Shown piece after piece: positions 43,621 through 53,518 of a DNA stretch of 64,000 bases. Below the pieces are notes generated by a model that saw only the letters and a program-made list of their open reading frames with translations, searched no databases and had not been told where the DNA came from. The translations under genes and the position numbers were made by a program. Positions within the stretch are counted from its first letter, which is position 1, and the number at the start of each line of letters is the position of its first letter. The DNA comes from Myxococcota bacterium (GTDB lineage Bacteria > Myxococcota_A > UBA9160 > UBA6930). Location: assembly GCA_965223415.1 (NCBI GenBank), contig OZ245002.1, positions 3,744,001-3,808,000 of the forward strand, in the 5' to 3' direction.

Positions 43621-44519
43621 GTCGATCCTCCAGGCTCCGCGTTGTAGCAGCCGTAGAGAGCGGCGGCGATGGTCAGCACGAGGCCCGCTGCGAGGGCGGA
43701 ATGGAGCCCCGTCATCTCGACCGGAATCCCGAGCACGACGTTGAGGATGCCGACGACCATCTGGACGAGGCCCAGGACCGCCGCCCAGCCGGTCCGGCGG
43801 CCGACCCGTGGCACACCCCGGGTGCGCCACGCTGCGGCCAGGAGCGCGAACACCAGCAGGTAGCCGTTCATGCGATGGAGCAGGTGCACACCGACGCTGC
43901 CGCGCCAGGAGGGAAACCAACGGCCGCCGTTGCAGGTGGGCCACTCGGGGCACGCCAGCCCGGCGTAGCCCGACGCGACCAGGCCGCCCAGCAGCACCTG
44001 CAGGGCCAACAGCGCGGCGACGGCCCATACCCACCGTCGCACCGCCGCCGGTGCGGGCGCGAAGCGCCGCGCATGGGCCACGTCGACCAGGCGCAGGGCC
44101 AGGATCAGGAGGGCCGCGTTGAAGGCGTTGCCCGTCAGCAGGTGCGAGGTGACCGTCCACTCCGCCAGGAGCTGCCACACCGTGAGGGCGCCCAGCAGCA
44201 CCTGGGCCGCGAGGAGCAGCCCGCCGACCAGGACCAGTCGACCGGCGGCGGCCCGGGCCTCCGGCCGCAGGAACACCGCCGTCGCCAGGCCGGCGAAGAG
44301 CAGGCCCACGCTTCCGGCCAGCACCCGGTGGCTCCACTCGAAGGCGACCTTGAGGTCGAACTCGGGGATGGCCCGGCCGAAGCAGAGCGGCCAATCCGGG
44401 CAGGCGAGCCCGGCTCCGTGGGCCCGGACCAGGGCCCCCAGGACGATCAGCACGCTGGTCAGGGCGACCAGGCCGGCCACGCCCCGAGCCAGCGCCGGGG
44501 TTCGAGGGAGCATCTGCAT
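43617..44519 (-). CDS. ctaA: Heme A synthase, COX15/CtaA family
   Basis: GLACPDWPLC, EWSHR and a second CPEWPTC; multiple TM helices with His ligands. Confidence 0.9.
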   Translation of the reverse strand: MQMLPRTPALARGVAGLVALTSVLIVLGALVRAHGAGLACPDWPLCFGRAIPEFDLKVAFEWSHRVLAGSVGLLFAGLATAVFLRPEARAAAGRLVLVGGLLLAAQVLLGALTVWQLLAEWTVTSHLLTGNAFNAALLILALRLVDVAHARRFAPAPAAVRRWVWAVAALLALQVLLGGLVASGYAGLACPEWPTCNGGRWFPSWRGSVGVHLLHRMNGYLLVFALLAAAWRTRGVPRVGRRTGWAAVLGLVQMVVGILNVVLGIPVEMTGLHSALAAGLVLTIAAALYGCYNAEPGGST

Positions 44520-44626
44520 GGGGGAGGGCGTACGGTAGGGGATGGCCGGGGCCGGGCAACAAACGGGCGTTTCCGGGGGCTTGGCCCGGGGAGCTGCGGC
44601 AGCTTGGGGATTGGGGCTCTTTCACT

Positions 44627-44653
44627 TCAGTCGGCCCCCGATCCCGCCGATGA
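44627..44653 (+). promoter_or_regulatory. Putative sigma28-type promoter
   Basis: TCAG-N15-GCCGATGA upstream of ATG 44663. Confidence 0.4.
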
Positions 44654-44662
44654 CGGAGGGCG

Positions 44663-45076
44663 ATGACCGCGTTGACCACTCCCTTGCCGTCGAAGGACGA
44701 CCCGCGCCACCTGCGCGGGCTGTTCGATCGCGCCACCGAGCTCGCTCAGCAGCACGGTGTCACGTCCGTGTTCGTCGGCATCGCCGGGGACGAGGCGGAC
44801 CTCCTCGCGCCGGAGTTCATCGATTACGTCGAGAGCGCGCTGCGGGTGGAGGACTGGGTGTTCCGGCTGCTGCGCGGCCGCGCGGTGCTGCTGCTGGCGG
44901 ACGTCGACCGGAACAGGGCGGCGTCGGTGATGGAGCGCATCCGGGATGAGTTCACGGCGCAGTTCGCGCCGCGGGACGGCTTCGAGGTGGCCCTCGGCTA
45001 CTTCCAGGTGGAGCCGGGACCCACCGCGGCGATCGCCAAGACGATCCTGCCGATCATCTTCGAATCGGCGAACTAA
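44663..45076 (+). CDS. Small protein resembling a degenerate GGDEF domain
   Basis: LRVEDWVFRL...AVLLLAD pattern, but the GG(D/E)EF motif is absent; SD GGAGG. Confidence 0.5.
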   Translation: MTALTTPLPSKDDPRHLRGLFDRATELAQQHGVTSVFVGIAGDEADLLAPEFIDYVESALRVEDWVFRLLRGRAVLLLADVDRNRAASVMERIRDEFTAQFAPRDGFEVALGYFQVEPGPTAAIAKTILPIIFESAN

Positions 45077-45984
45077 CGTTCGAGCTCGGCCGCCAGGGCC
45101 GAGGCCAGCGTCGGGTGCCGAAAGCGGAACCCCGCCCGCTCGGCCGCTGCCGGCACGACGCGCTTGCTTCCCAGGAGCTCGCCGGCCAGGGGCCCCAGCG
45201 CGGCCTTCACGGCGAAGGCGGGAACCGCCATCACGGCGGGACGGCCGAGGGTCTCGCCCAGGCTCCGGGTGTACTCCCGGTTGCGGACGGGCTCGGGCGC
45301 CGTGGCGTTGACCGCGCCCGAGAAGGCCTCGTTCTCCACGGCGTGGCGCAGCAGACCCACCGCGTCGTCCACGTGGATCCACGAGAACCACTGCTCCCCG
45401 CTGCCGAGCCGACCGCCCAGCCCGAGGCGGAAGGCCGGCGCCATCAGGGCCAGGGCGCCCCCCTCTCGCGCCAGCACGATGCCGAAGCGCAGGGAGACCC
45501 GCCGCACGCCGAGGGCTTCGACCCGGGCGGCCTCGGCCTCCCAGGCGACGCAGAGATCGGCGAGGAAGCCGCGGCCCGGCGCCGCGTCCTCGCGCAGCTC
45601 CAGGTCGCCGCGCTCGCCGTAGTAGCCGATCGCGGAGGCGCAGACGAGCACGCGCGGGCGCTCGGCCTCGGGCAGCGCCTCGATCGCGCCCACCAGGGCA
45701 CGGGTGGAGTCGATCCGACTCGCGAGGAGTCTCGCCCGGCGCGCTGCGGTGGGGAGGCCTCCGAAGATCGGCTCGCCCGCCAGGTGGACCGCGGCGGTGG
45801 TGCCCCGAAGGCTCTCCGCATCCACCCGCAGGCCGTCCCAGGCCAGCGTCTCCACGCCGGCCGAGGGGGGCCGGGCCCGGCGGCTCAGCTTCCGGACCGT
45901 CCAGCCCCCCGCCACCAGCTGCGGGACGAGCCGCCCCCCGAGCAGGCCGGTCCCTCCGCTCAGCCAGAGGGTGCGCGCGGTCAT
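45073..45984 (-). CDS. TIGR01777/YfcH-type NAD-dependent epimerase-family oxidoreductase
   Basis: SGGTGLLG, HLAGEPI, ASAIGYYG, LGSGEQWFSWIH and GFRFRHP. Confidence 0.92.
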   Translation of the reverse strand: MTARTLWLSGGTGLLGGRLVPQLVAGGWTVRKLSRRARPPSAGVETLAWDGLRVDAESLRGTTAAVHLAGEPIFGGLPTAARRARLLASRIDSTRALVGAIEALPEAERPRVLVCASAIGYYGERGDLELREDAAPGRGFLADLCVAWEAEAARVEALGVRRVSLRFGIVLAREGGALALMAPAFRLGLGGRLGSGEQWFSWIHVDDAVGLLRHAVENEAFSGAVNATAPEPVRNREYTRSLGETLGRPAVMAVPAFAVKAALGPLAGELLGSKRVVPAAAERAGFRFRHPTLASALAAELER

Positions 45985-46982
45985 CGGCTCCGGGCCGGGG
46001 CGAAGGCCTCGAGCATGCGCACCGCATCCTCGGCGCGGGCGGCGAGGGGGGCGAGCACCGGCGTGGTGACGCCGGCCTCGACGAAGGCCGCCAGCTTCTC
46101 CCGGCACTCGCCCTCGTTCCCGAGGATGACGATTCGGTCGATCAGGTCGTCGTGGATGGCCTTGCCCACCGCCTCGCGGTCGCGCCGGGCGAAGCCCTCC
46201 CGGATCGCCTTGGCTTCTTCTTCGTAGCCGCACCAGGCGATGAACTTGTTGTAGACCGGCTGGGCCAGGTAGCCGCCGAAGCCCGCCCGTACGATGTTGC
46301 GGGCCACCGGCACGTCGTCGGTGACGGCGATCTGGAAGCGGCTCACCACCTCGTCCCGGGTCGCGTCGCGGCCCGCCTCCTCGGCGCCCACCCGGTAGGC
46401 GCGGACGATCTGCTCCATCGCTTCCAGGGGCTGGAAGTTGATGATCAGCCCCTCGCCGACCGCACCGGCGAGCTTCAGCATCTTCTCGCGCAGGGCGGCC
46501 AGGTAGATCGGTACCGGCTCGGGCGGAACGCAGCCCAGGCGAAAGCCCTTCGAGCGCAGGCGCTCGCCTTCGTAGCCGGTCTTCTCGCCCGCGAGGGCCT
46601 GGCGCAGGATCGCCACCGCGTCCTTCACGGTCGTGAGCGGCGCCTCGAAGGGCACGCCGTTCCAGTCGCCGATGATGGCGTGGCTCGACGAGCCCACCCC
46701 GAGCCGGAAGCGCCCGGGCGCGAGCTGGCCCAGGGTGCCGGCGCTCATGGCGAGCACGGCCGGCGTGCGGTTGTAGACCGGCACGATCGCCGTGCCCAGG
46801 GTGAGGGTGCTCGTCGCCTGGAGCACCGCCCCAGCCAGGGTGAAGGAGTCCGGGCCGGCGGTCTCGGCCATCCAGATGGCTTCGTAGCCCCAGTCCTGCT
46901 CTGCGCGCTTCGCGAGCTCGACGGAGGTGCGCGCGTCGCCGAAGGGCAGCGTGAAGGCGAGGGTTCCGAGGGGGCCCGCCAT
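45981..46982 (-). CDS. LLM-class (probably F420-dependent) oxidoreductase
   Basis: LGTAIVPVYNRTP, GRFRLGVGSS and PIYLAAL. Confidence 0.88.
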   Translation of the reverse strand: MAGPLGTLAFTLPFGDARTSVELAKRAEQDWGYEAIWMAETAGPDSFTLAGAVLQATSTLTLGTAIVPVYNRTPAVLAMSAGTLGQLAPGRFRLGVGSSSHAIIGDWNGVPFEAPLTTVKDAVAILRQALAGEKTGYEGERLRSKGFRLGCVPPEPVPIYLAALREKMLKLAGAVGEGLIINFQPLEAMEQIVRAYRVGAEEAGRDATRDEVVSRFQIAVTDDVPVARNIVRAGFGGYLAQPVYNKFIAWCGYEEEAKAIREGFARRDREAVGKAIHDDLIDRIVILGNEGECREKLAAFVEAGVTTPVLAPLAARAEDAVRMLEAFAPARSR

Positions 46983-46983
46983 C

Positions 46984-47754
46984 CTACTTGGGCTGCATGC
47001 GAATGGCGCCGTCGAGACGGATCACCTCGCCGTTCAGCATGGGATTCTCGAGGATGTGACAGGCCAGGGCGGCGAACTCGGCCGGCTCGCCGAGCCGCGG
47101 CGGGAAGGGAATCGAGCGGCCCAGGGCCTCGCGGGCCGGCTCGGGTAGTCCCATCAGCATCGGCGTCGCGAACAGCCCCGGTGCGATCGTGCAGACCCGG
47201 ATGCCCGAGACCGAGAGATCCCGGGCGATCGGCAGGGTCATTCCGACCACGCCGCCCTTCGAAGCCGAGTAGGCGCACTGGCCGATCTGCCCCTCGAAGG
47301 CCGCGACCGACGCGGTGTTCACCACGGCGCCGCGCTCGCCGGCGGGGTTCGGCTCGTTCCCGACCATGCGCGCCGCCGCGAGGCGGATCACGTTGAAGGT
47401 GCCGATCAGGTTCACCTCGATCGTCTTGCGGAAGAGTCCCAGGTCGAAGGGGGAGCCGTCCTTGCCGACGGTGCGGCCGGCGGTGCCGATGCCCGCGCAG
47501 TTGATCGCCGCCCGCAGGGGGCCGAGCTCCTCGGTGGCGCGATCGAGAGCCGCGCCCACCTGCGGCTCGTCGGAGACGTCCGCCTCGCAGAAGATCGCCC
47601 CAGCGCCGAGCTCCTTCGCGATCGTCTCTCCGTTCGAGCGACCGAGGTCGAGGATCGCCACCTTGCCGCCCCGGGCGACGATCTCCCGCGCGGTCGCTTC
47701 CCCGAGGCCCGAGCCCCCACCCGTGACCGCGGCCACGACTTGTCCCACGTCCAT
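46984..47754 (-). CDS. 3-hydroxyacyl-CoA dehydrogenase type II (HSD17B10-like SDR)
   Basis: [29 protein letters not shown] and [13 protein letters not shown]. Confidence 0.93.
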   Translation of the reverse strand: MDVGQVVAAVTGGGSGLGEATAREIVARGGKVAILDLGRSNGETIAKELGAGAIFCEADVSDEPQVGAALDRATEELGPLRAAINCAGIGTAGRTVGKDGSPFDLGLFRKTIEVNLIGTFNVIRLAAARMVGNEPNPAGERGAVVNTASVAAFEGQIGQCAYSASKGGVVGMTLPIARDLSVSGIRVCTIAPGLFATPMLMGLPEPAREALGRSIPFPPRLGEPAEFAALACHILENPMLNGEVIRLDGAIRMQPK

Positions 47755-47830
47755 CCGGACCTCCTCGCTGGGGCGCTGAGCGTACGCTGGCTGATGCTTC
47801 GACTCAAGCGGTCCAGCTCGTTGCGGGCGT

Positions 47831-48514
47831 TCAGGCGTTGGCGTCGAGCAGCAGGCCGAGCTGTGCCGCCCACGGCCCCGGCGCACCGTCGCCGACGGGG
47901 CGTCCGTCCAGGGCGACGATCGAGCGGGCGCCGCGCACGGAGTTGACGGCGATCAGCTCTTCGGCCCGGGGGAGGTCGGTGGCGGCGACGTCCGCCTCCT
48001 CGAGCTCGGGCAGGTGGTCGCGCAGGATCGCACGGGCGACGCCCTGGACGGCCCCCCGCGCGAGCGGCGGCGTCACCAGGCGGCCCGAGGCCAGGGCGAC
48101 GACGAGGTTGCTTCGCGAGCCCTCCACCGCCACGCCGTCCGCGTTCACGAGCAGCGCCTCGTCCCAGCCGCGCTCGGTCGCCTCGCGCTTCGCCCGGTCG
48201 AAGGCCGCCCGGTCGGCGCGCTTGGCGCCGACCTCGTCCCGGGGCCCCGGGTGGGGCTCCGCCGCGATCCCGACGCTCCAGGTCGCGGGCTCCGGGCCGA
48301 CCTCGCGGGGCGTGCCGAGCCAAACCACACCGCCGGCGCCCGCCCGGGCTTCGAGCCGCACGATGCCCTCGCCCTCGTCGCCGAAGTGACGCCGGGCCAG
48401 GTCCAGCAGTGCCTGCTGCGCCAGCGCCGGGTCGATCTCCCCGAGGCCCAGGGCAGAGGCGTCCCGGACCCAGCGGGCGACGACCCGGGCCCGGTGGCGC
48501 AGCCGGCCCGCCAC
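47831..48514 (-). CDS. Class IV aminotransferase / aminodeoxychorismate lyase-like; N-terminus ambiguous
   Basis: DEALL, EGSRSN, GVAR and NSVRG. The frame stays open upstream to 48616 with no canonical start. Confidence 0.75.
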   Translation of the reverse strand: MAGRLRHRARVVARWVRDASALGLGEIDPALAQQALLDLARRHFGDEGEGIVRLEARAGAGGVVWLGTPREVGPEPATWSVGIAAEPHPGPRDEVGAKRADRAAFDRAKREATERGWDEALLVNADGVAVEGSRSNLVVALASGRLVTPPLARGAVQGVARAILRDHLPELEEADVAATDLPRAEELIAVNSVRGARSIVALDGRPVGDGAPGPWAAQLGLLLDANA

Positions 48515-48616
48515 GAAGCGGCCGGTCGTGTAGCAGCGCGGGCCGGGCAGCGGGGAGTGCTCCTCCCAGCCGCACCAGCGGCCGTCCTTCCAGCGAAGGG
48601 TGTCCGAGACGCGCCC

Positions 48617-49900
48617 CTAGCGTTCCGCGATCGGAACGATGGCCCGCTCGTTCGCGCCGGTGTAGACCTGGCGCGGCCGACCGATCTTGTGCCGGTGCTC
48701 GTGCATCTCGGCCCACTGGGCGATCCACCCGGGCAGCCGCCCGATGGCGAACATCGCCGTGAACATGCTCTCCGGCGTGCCGATCGCGTTGTAGATGACG
48801 CCTGAATAGAAATCGACGTTCGGGTAGAGCTTCCTCTCGACGAAGTACTCGTCCTTCAGCGCCAGCTCCTCCAGCTCCACGGCGATCTCGAGCAGCTTGC
48901 TGTGCACGCCCAGCCGCGCGAGCACGTCGAAGCAGGCCTTCTTGATGATCTTCGCCCGCGGGTCGAAGTTCTTGTAGACCCGGTGGCCGAAGCCCATCAG
49001 CCGCGAGGTGTCGTCGCGGCTCTTGGCCCGGTCGACGAAGTCCTTGGCGGTGATGCCCTCCTCGGCGATGGCCTGGAGCATCTCGATCACCTCCTGGTTG
49101 GCGCCGCCGTGGCGCGGGCCCCAGAGGGCGTTGATGCCCGCGGAGATCGAGGCGAAGAGGTTCACGTGGGACGAGCCCACGAGCCGCACGGTGCTGGTCG
49201 AGCAGTTCTGCTCGTGATCGGCGTGGAGGATGAAGAGCAGGTCCAGCGCCTTCTCCACCACCGGGTCCACCTCGAAGGGCTCGCAAGGCGTGGCGAACAT
49301 CAGATGGAGGAAGTTCCCGACGTAGGAGAGCCGGTTGTCGGGATACATGAAGGGCTGCCCGGTCGCGTGCTTGTAGGCGTAGGACGCGATGGTGGGCAGC
49401 TTCGCGATCAGGCGGTGGATGCCGATCTCGACCTCGCGCGGATCACGGGGGTCGAGGGAATCCGGATAGAAGGTCGCGAGGGACGCGCAGGCCGCGGAGC
49501 AGGCCGCCATCGGGTGCGCGTCCTTCGGCATCGCCCGGTAGAACAGCCGGAAGTCCTCGTGGACCATCGTGTGGTAGCGGATCGAATCGCGGAAGGCCTC
49601 GAGCTGCTCCCGGTTCGGAAGCTCGCCTTCGATCAGCAGGTAGGCGGTCTCCAGGAAGGAGCACTTCTCGGCGATCTCGGCGATGTCGTAGCCGCGATAG
49701 CGGAGGATGCCCTTCTCCCCGTTGATGAAGGTGATGGAGCTCTCGCAGGAGCCGGTGTTGGCATAGCCCGGGTCCAGGGTGATGAGTCCGGTCTTGGCGC
49801 GGAGCTCCTCGATGTCGAGGGCGCGCTCACCCTCCGATCCTTCGACCACCTCGAGCTCGACCGTCTGATCCCCGATGCGCAGCTCTGCCTTCTCACCCAT
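48617..49900 (-). CDS. gltA: Citrate synthase (type II)
   Basis: GILRYRGY, HADHEQN, HGGAN, GFGHRVY and YPNVDFYSG. Confidence 0.97.
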   Translation of the reverse strand: MGEKAELRIGDQTVELEVVEGSEGERALDIEELRAKTGLITLDPGYANTGSCESSITFINGEKGILRYRGYDIAEIAEKCSFLETAYLLIEGELPNREQLEAFRDSIRYHTMVHEDFRLFYRAMPKDAHPMAACSAACASLATFYPDSLDPRDPREVEIGIHRLIAKLPTIASYAYKHATGQPFMYPDNRLSYVGNFLHLMFATPCEPFEVDPVVEKALDLLFILHADHEQNCSTSTVRLVGSSHVNLFASISAGINALWGPRHGGANQEVIEMLQAIAEEGITAKDFVDRAKSRDDTSRLMGFGHRVYKNFDPRAKIIKKACFDVLARLGVHSKLLEIAVELEELALKDEYFVERKLYPNVDFYSGVIYNAIGTPESMFTAMFAIGRLPGWIAQWAEMHEHRHKIGRPRQVYTGANERAIVPIAER

Positions 49901-50184
49901 GGCGGATTCCCCTCCTGTGGTAGGCCGGCTCCGCGATGCGTACGACGACCGCCGGCTTCGAGGGCTGGGCTGGTCGCGTCGGGCGGGCCGGACGCGTTCG
50001 ACGTCCTGTCGGCTGAAACCGCGCCGCAAGTTAGCCGATGACGCTCCGCGCCGACAGGCGACGAAACGCTGATTCCGTCGGTAAAGCAAGGACTTCGGCG
50101 CAGCGCGTCGACGCAATGCGCCATTGGGGGGGGCCCGGATCGCCGGGGAGCCCGGAGCGGGCCCGTTGGGAACCCCGAGCTGCC

Positions 50185-51882
50185 CTACGGGGATGTACCC
50201 CCTTCCTGCGGAACCACGATGACGATCTCCCGCCGCCCGGTGCGTGCCGAGCCGACGATCTCTACCGGCGTCACGGCCTCGACGCGGTCGAGCTTGCGGC
50301 GTTTGACCACGATCGTGCGGCCACCGTCCCCGAAGAACGCCGCCACGTCCTCGGACGTGCGGAGTGGATGGATGCGCCGCTTGCCGTAGTAAGCGAGGCC
50401 TCCCGTGAGGGCGCGGTCGCTCACCAGGCCGACCGGTGCCTCCGGCGGCGTCACCTTCGACGCGGCCTCCGCGATGGGACGGGGCGAGCGGATCGGGTCG
50501 AGGGCCGGATAGAGCAGGGCGAAGACCGCGAGCTCGACGGCGAAGATCGTCGCCACGGCGACGGCGGCGTAGCCGAGGAGCGGAGCGCGGTTGCGCTGCA
50601 GGACGACCCAGGCGACGACGCCGGCGGAGGCGACGCCGATCAGGCCGCAGCCGAAGGCGATGAGGAAGGGGGTGTCGAGGGCGGGCACCATCCCGCGCCA
50701 CGCGGCGATCGGGGCGAACGAGTGGCCGAGGCCGGCGGCCACCGCCTCGAGACCGACCACGAAGGCGAGCAGGCCGAAGGAGGCGGGGATCAGCGAAGCC
50801 AGTCGGGGCAGCGCCGTGCGTCCTGCCAGGCCGCGGATGCAGGCGTCCGCACACAGCAGGGCCGCGGCCGGAAACGCCGGCACCATGTAGAGGCCGCGCT
50901 TGCCGCTCGAGATCGAGAAGAACACCAGGCTCGCGCCGACCCAGGCGAGCAGGAAGCGCCACGCGCGGCGACTGCGCTCCTCCGGTGCGCCTTCCGCCTG
51001 GAACACCCGGCGCCTTCCCACCCACCACACGCCGGGCCAGAGCACCGTCCAGGGCAGGAAGTCGAGGGGGAACTTGTAGAGGAAGTAGTAGAAGGGGCGG
51101 GCATGGGAGGTGCCCTGGAAGAAGCGGCCGAAGAGGTTCGTGCCCACGGCCTCGTCGGCGAAGCCGGAGGGCGCCAGGGCGGTGGCGGCGCCCACCCACG
51201 CGAGGCCCGGTCCGAGGGAGAGCAGCAGGGCCCAGGGCGGGAAGACCCGGCCGAGATCGCGCAGCCGGCGCTCCCAGGCCAGGAAGACGACGATCGTCAG
51301 GACCGGGAGCAGGAAGCCCACCGGCCCCTTGGTGAGCACGCCGAGCCCCAGGGCCCCGTGCAGGAGCGCCACCCACAGGCGCTGCCGGCCCAGGCCGCGG
51401 TCGACCCACCAGAACGCCAGCAGCGCTGCCAGCTCGCAGGCGGCGAGGAGTACGTCGAGCTGCACGCGCCGGCCCAGGTGCCCGAACTCGTAGACGGTCA
51501 GCAGCAGGGCGGCGCCAAGCACACCGGCCGCGCTGCCGAAGAGCCGCGAGCCCAGGAGCAGGGTGAGCGCCACGCAGGCGATGCCCGCGAGGCCCGAGGG
51601 CAGGCGGGCGAGGCCCTCGCTCACCTCGCCGAAGGGTGCGCCCAGGGCGGCGGCCATCCAGAAGTACAGCGGCGGCTTCTGGGTGTAGACCTCGCCGTTC
51701 AGGTGCATGACGACGAGGCCTACGACGCCGTGGCCCATCGCACGCATCTCCTCCGCGACCTGCAGGTAGCGGGGCTCGTCGGGGGCCGAGGCGTCGACGC
51801 CTCCCAGCCAGGTGAGCAGCAGCAACACGGCGGCCGCCAGGACGGCGGCCCGCAGCCGGGGGCCCGCCTGGAGCTCGGTCAA
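50185..51882 (-). CDS. ArnT-like GT-C membrane glycosyltransferase
   Basis: PDEPRY, KPPLYFW, ARLPS, LTKGP and SSGKR; TTG start with GGAGGGAG SD. Confidence 0.88.
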   Translation of the reverse strand: MTELQAGPRLRAAVLAAAVLLLLTWLGGVDASAPDEPRYLQVAEEMRAMGHGVVGLVVMHLNGEVYTQKPPLYFWMAAALGAPFGEVSEGLARLPSGLAGIACVALTLLLGSRLFGSAAGVLGAALLLTVYEFGHLGRRVQLDVLLAACELAALLAFWWVDRGLGRQRLWVALLHGALGLGVLTKGPVGFLLPVLTIVVFLAWERRLRDLGRVFPPWALLLSLGPGLAWVGAATALAPSGFADEAVGTNLFGRFFQGTSHARPFYYFLYKFPLDFLPWTVLWPGVWWVGRRRVFQAEGAPEERSRRAWRFLLAWVGASLVFFSISSGKRGLYMVPAFPAAALLCADACIRGLAGRTALPRLASLIPASFGLLAFVVGLEAVAAGLGHSFAPIAAWRGMVPALDTPFLIAFGCGLIGVASAGVVAWVVLQRNRAPLLGYAAVAVATIFAVELAVFALLYPALDPIRSPRPIAEAASKVTPPEAPVGLVSDRALTGGLAYYGKRRIHPLRTSEDVAAFFGDGGRTIVVKRRKLDRVEAVTPVEIVGSARTGRREIVIVVPQEGGTSP

Positions 51883-51959
51883 CCTCTCCCTCCCTCCCGT
51901 CGCTCGTCCAGTTCGGAAACGGGCGGCACACGGTACCCTCTCGGGCACGGAGGTGCCCC

Positions 51960-52568
51960 ATGGCCGATCCCGAGAGCGCCGACTTCCCGTCCCTGCTTCG
52001 CGGCGACGACATCCAGATGGAACGGGTCGCCGCATTCCTCGACGGGCTGAGCCACGCCCAGCGCGTCGAGGCGATTCGCAGCGCGGGGCGCCGGGAGCAG
52101 GCGCGGCTCTACCGCTCCGCGCAGGGCTTCGCGCCTGTCCGGCTCGAGGAACTCGTGCCGCCCGGCATCGGCGACGGCAAGACCGTGCGCCACTTCGGCA
52201 AGAACACGCTGCCCGCATTCACCCACTTCGAGAAGCGCTTCTGCCGACCGGCGGGCCAGGAGCCCGAGGCGCCGGAGCAGCTCTGGGGCTTCAACTTCCA
52301 GACGATGCAGCCCGTGACCGGCCCCGGGTACTTCATCGCGCGGCCTTCGCCGGAGGCCCCCGAGGTGTGGGTCGACTACCACCTCGTGCCGCCGGAGGCG
52401 CCGGCGGGCTGGCCGCCGGTCCGCACGAACGAGCGCGGGCTCGGGCGCTTCGTCTACGGCTTCATGATCGACACGCTGCGGCGGGTGTCCGAGCACGTCA
52501 CGATCGGCTCGGCGGCGCGCAAGGGCAAGGACCTCGGCAGCTGGTTCCTGCTGACGCGGGAGCCCTGA
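51960..52568 (+). CDS. Hypothetical protein
   Basis: GGAGG SD; TGATG overlap with the next gene; high GC3 codon pattern. Confidence 0.75.
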   Translation: MADPESADFPSLLRGDDIQMERVAAFLDGLSHAQRVEAIRSAGRREQARLYRSAQGFAPVRLEELVPPGIGDGKTVRHFGKNTLPAFTHFEKRFCRPAGQEPEAPEQLWGFNFQTMQPVTGPGYFIARPSPEAPEVWVDYHLVPPEAPAGWPPVRTNERGLGRFVYGFMIDTLRRVSEHVTIGSAARKGKDLGSWFLLTREP

Positions 52569-53518
52569 TGACGGTGACGCTCGAAGACCGGACGATCCTC
52601 GTCACGGGAGCCACCGGCCAGGTGGCCTTCCCGATCGCGCGGGCCCTCGCCCGCAGCAACCGGGTGCTGGCCCTCGGACGCTTCGCCGAGGAGGAGGACC
52701 GGGAGCGCATCCGGGGCATCGGCGCCGAGGCCCTGCGCGCGGACCTCGCCGCCGGCGATCTCTCGGCCGTGCCCGGCGACGTCGACTACGTCCTGCACTT
52801 TGCCGTCGTGCGCAGCTCCACGCCGGACTTCGACGGCGATCTGGCGATGAACGCCGAGGGCGTGGGCGCGCTGATGGCGCACTGCCGCGAGGCGCAGGCC
52901 TTCCTGCACTGCTCGACGGCGGCGGTGTACCAGGCGGCGGACGGCGAACCCCGCAGCGAAGGCGATCCCCTGGGCGATCACCACCGCGTGATGATGCCCA
53001 CCTACAGCCTGGCGAAGATCGCGGCCGAGGCGGTGGTGCGCTTCGCGGCCCGCCAATGGCAGCTGCCGACGACGATCGCGCGGCTCGGCGTGCCCTACGG
53101 CGACCAGGGCGGCTGGCCCTGGTACCACCTGATGATGATGAAGAGCGGCGTGCCGATCCCGGTGCACGAGCGCGGGCCGAATCGCTTCCCGCTCCTGCAC
53201 GAGGACGACTACCTGCGGCACGTGCCGGGCCTGCTCGAGATGGCCGACGTGCCCGCGACCGCGGTGAACTGGGCCGGCAGCGAGGACACCTGTATCGAGG
53301 ACTGGTGCGCGTACCTGGGCGAGCTCACCGGCCTCGAGCCGAAGCTCGAGGCGAGTGAGCAGGCGCTGGCGCCCCTGCCGCTCGACGTGGCGAAGCTCGA
53401 GGCGCGGCAGGGCCCCTCCCGCGTCCCCTGGCGGGAGGGCCTCCGCCGCATGGTCGAGGCGCGGAACCCGGAGCTCCTGGCCGGGGCGGCCGCCAGCGGG
53501 GGCACGGGCCAGGAGTGA
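52568..53518 (+). CDS. NAD-dependent epimerase/dehydratase
   Basis: TGATGQ and YSLAK. Confidence 0.88.
   Translation: MTVTLEDRTILVTGATGQVAFPIARALARSNRVLALGRFAEEEDRERIRGIGAEALRADLAAGDLSAVPGDVDYVLHFAVVRSSTPDFDGDLAMNAEGVGALMAHCREAQAFLHCSTAAVYQAADGEPRSEGDPLGDHHRVMMPTYSLAKIAAEAVVRFAARQWQLPTTIARLGVPYGDQGGWPWYHLMMMKSGVPIPVHERGPNRFPLLHEDDYLRHVPGLLEMADVPATAVNWAGSEDTCIEDWCAYLGELTGLEPKLEASEQALAPLPLDVAKLEARQGPSRVPWREGLRRMVEARNPELLAGAAASGGTGQE

Noticed and set aside
50014..50080. Hammerhead-like core (CCGATGA...CGAAAC) and a sigma28-like GAAA-N15-GCCGATGA upstream of gltA
   Set aside because: The core lacks CUGA, the stems do not close properly, and there is no downstream gene on the + strand.
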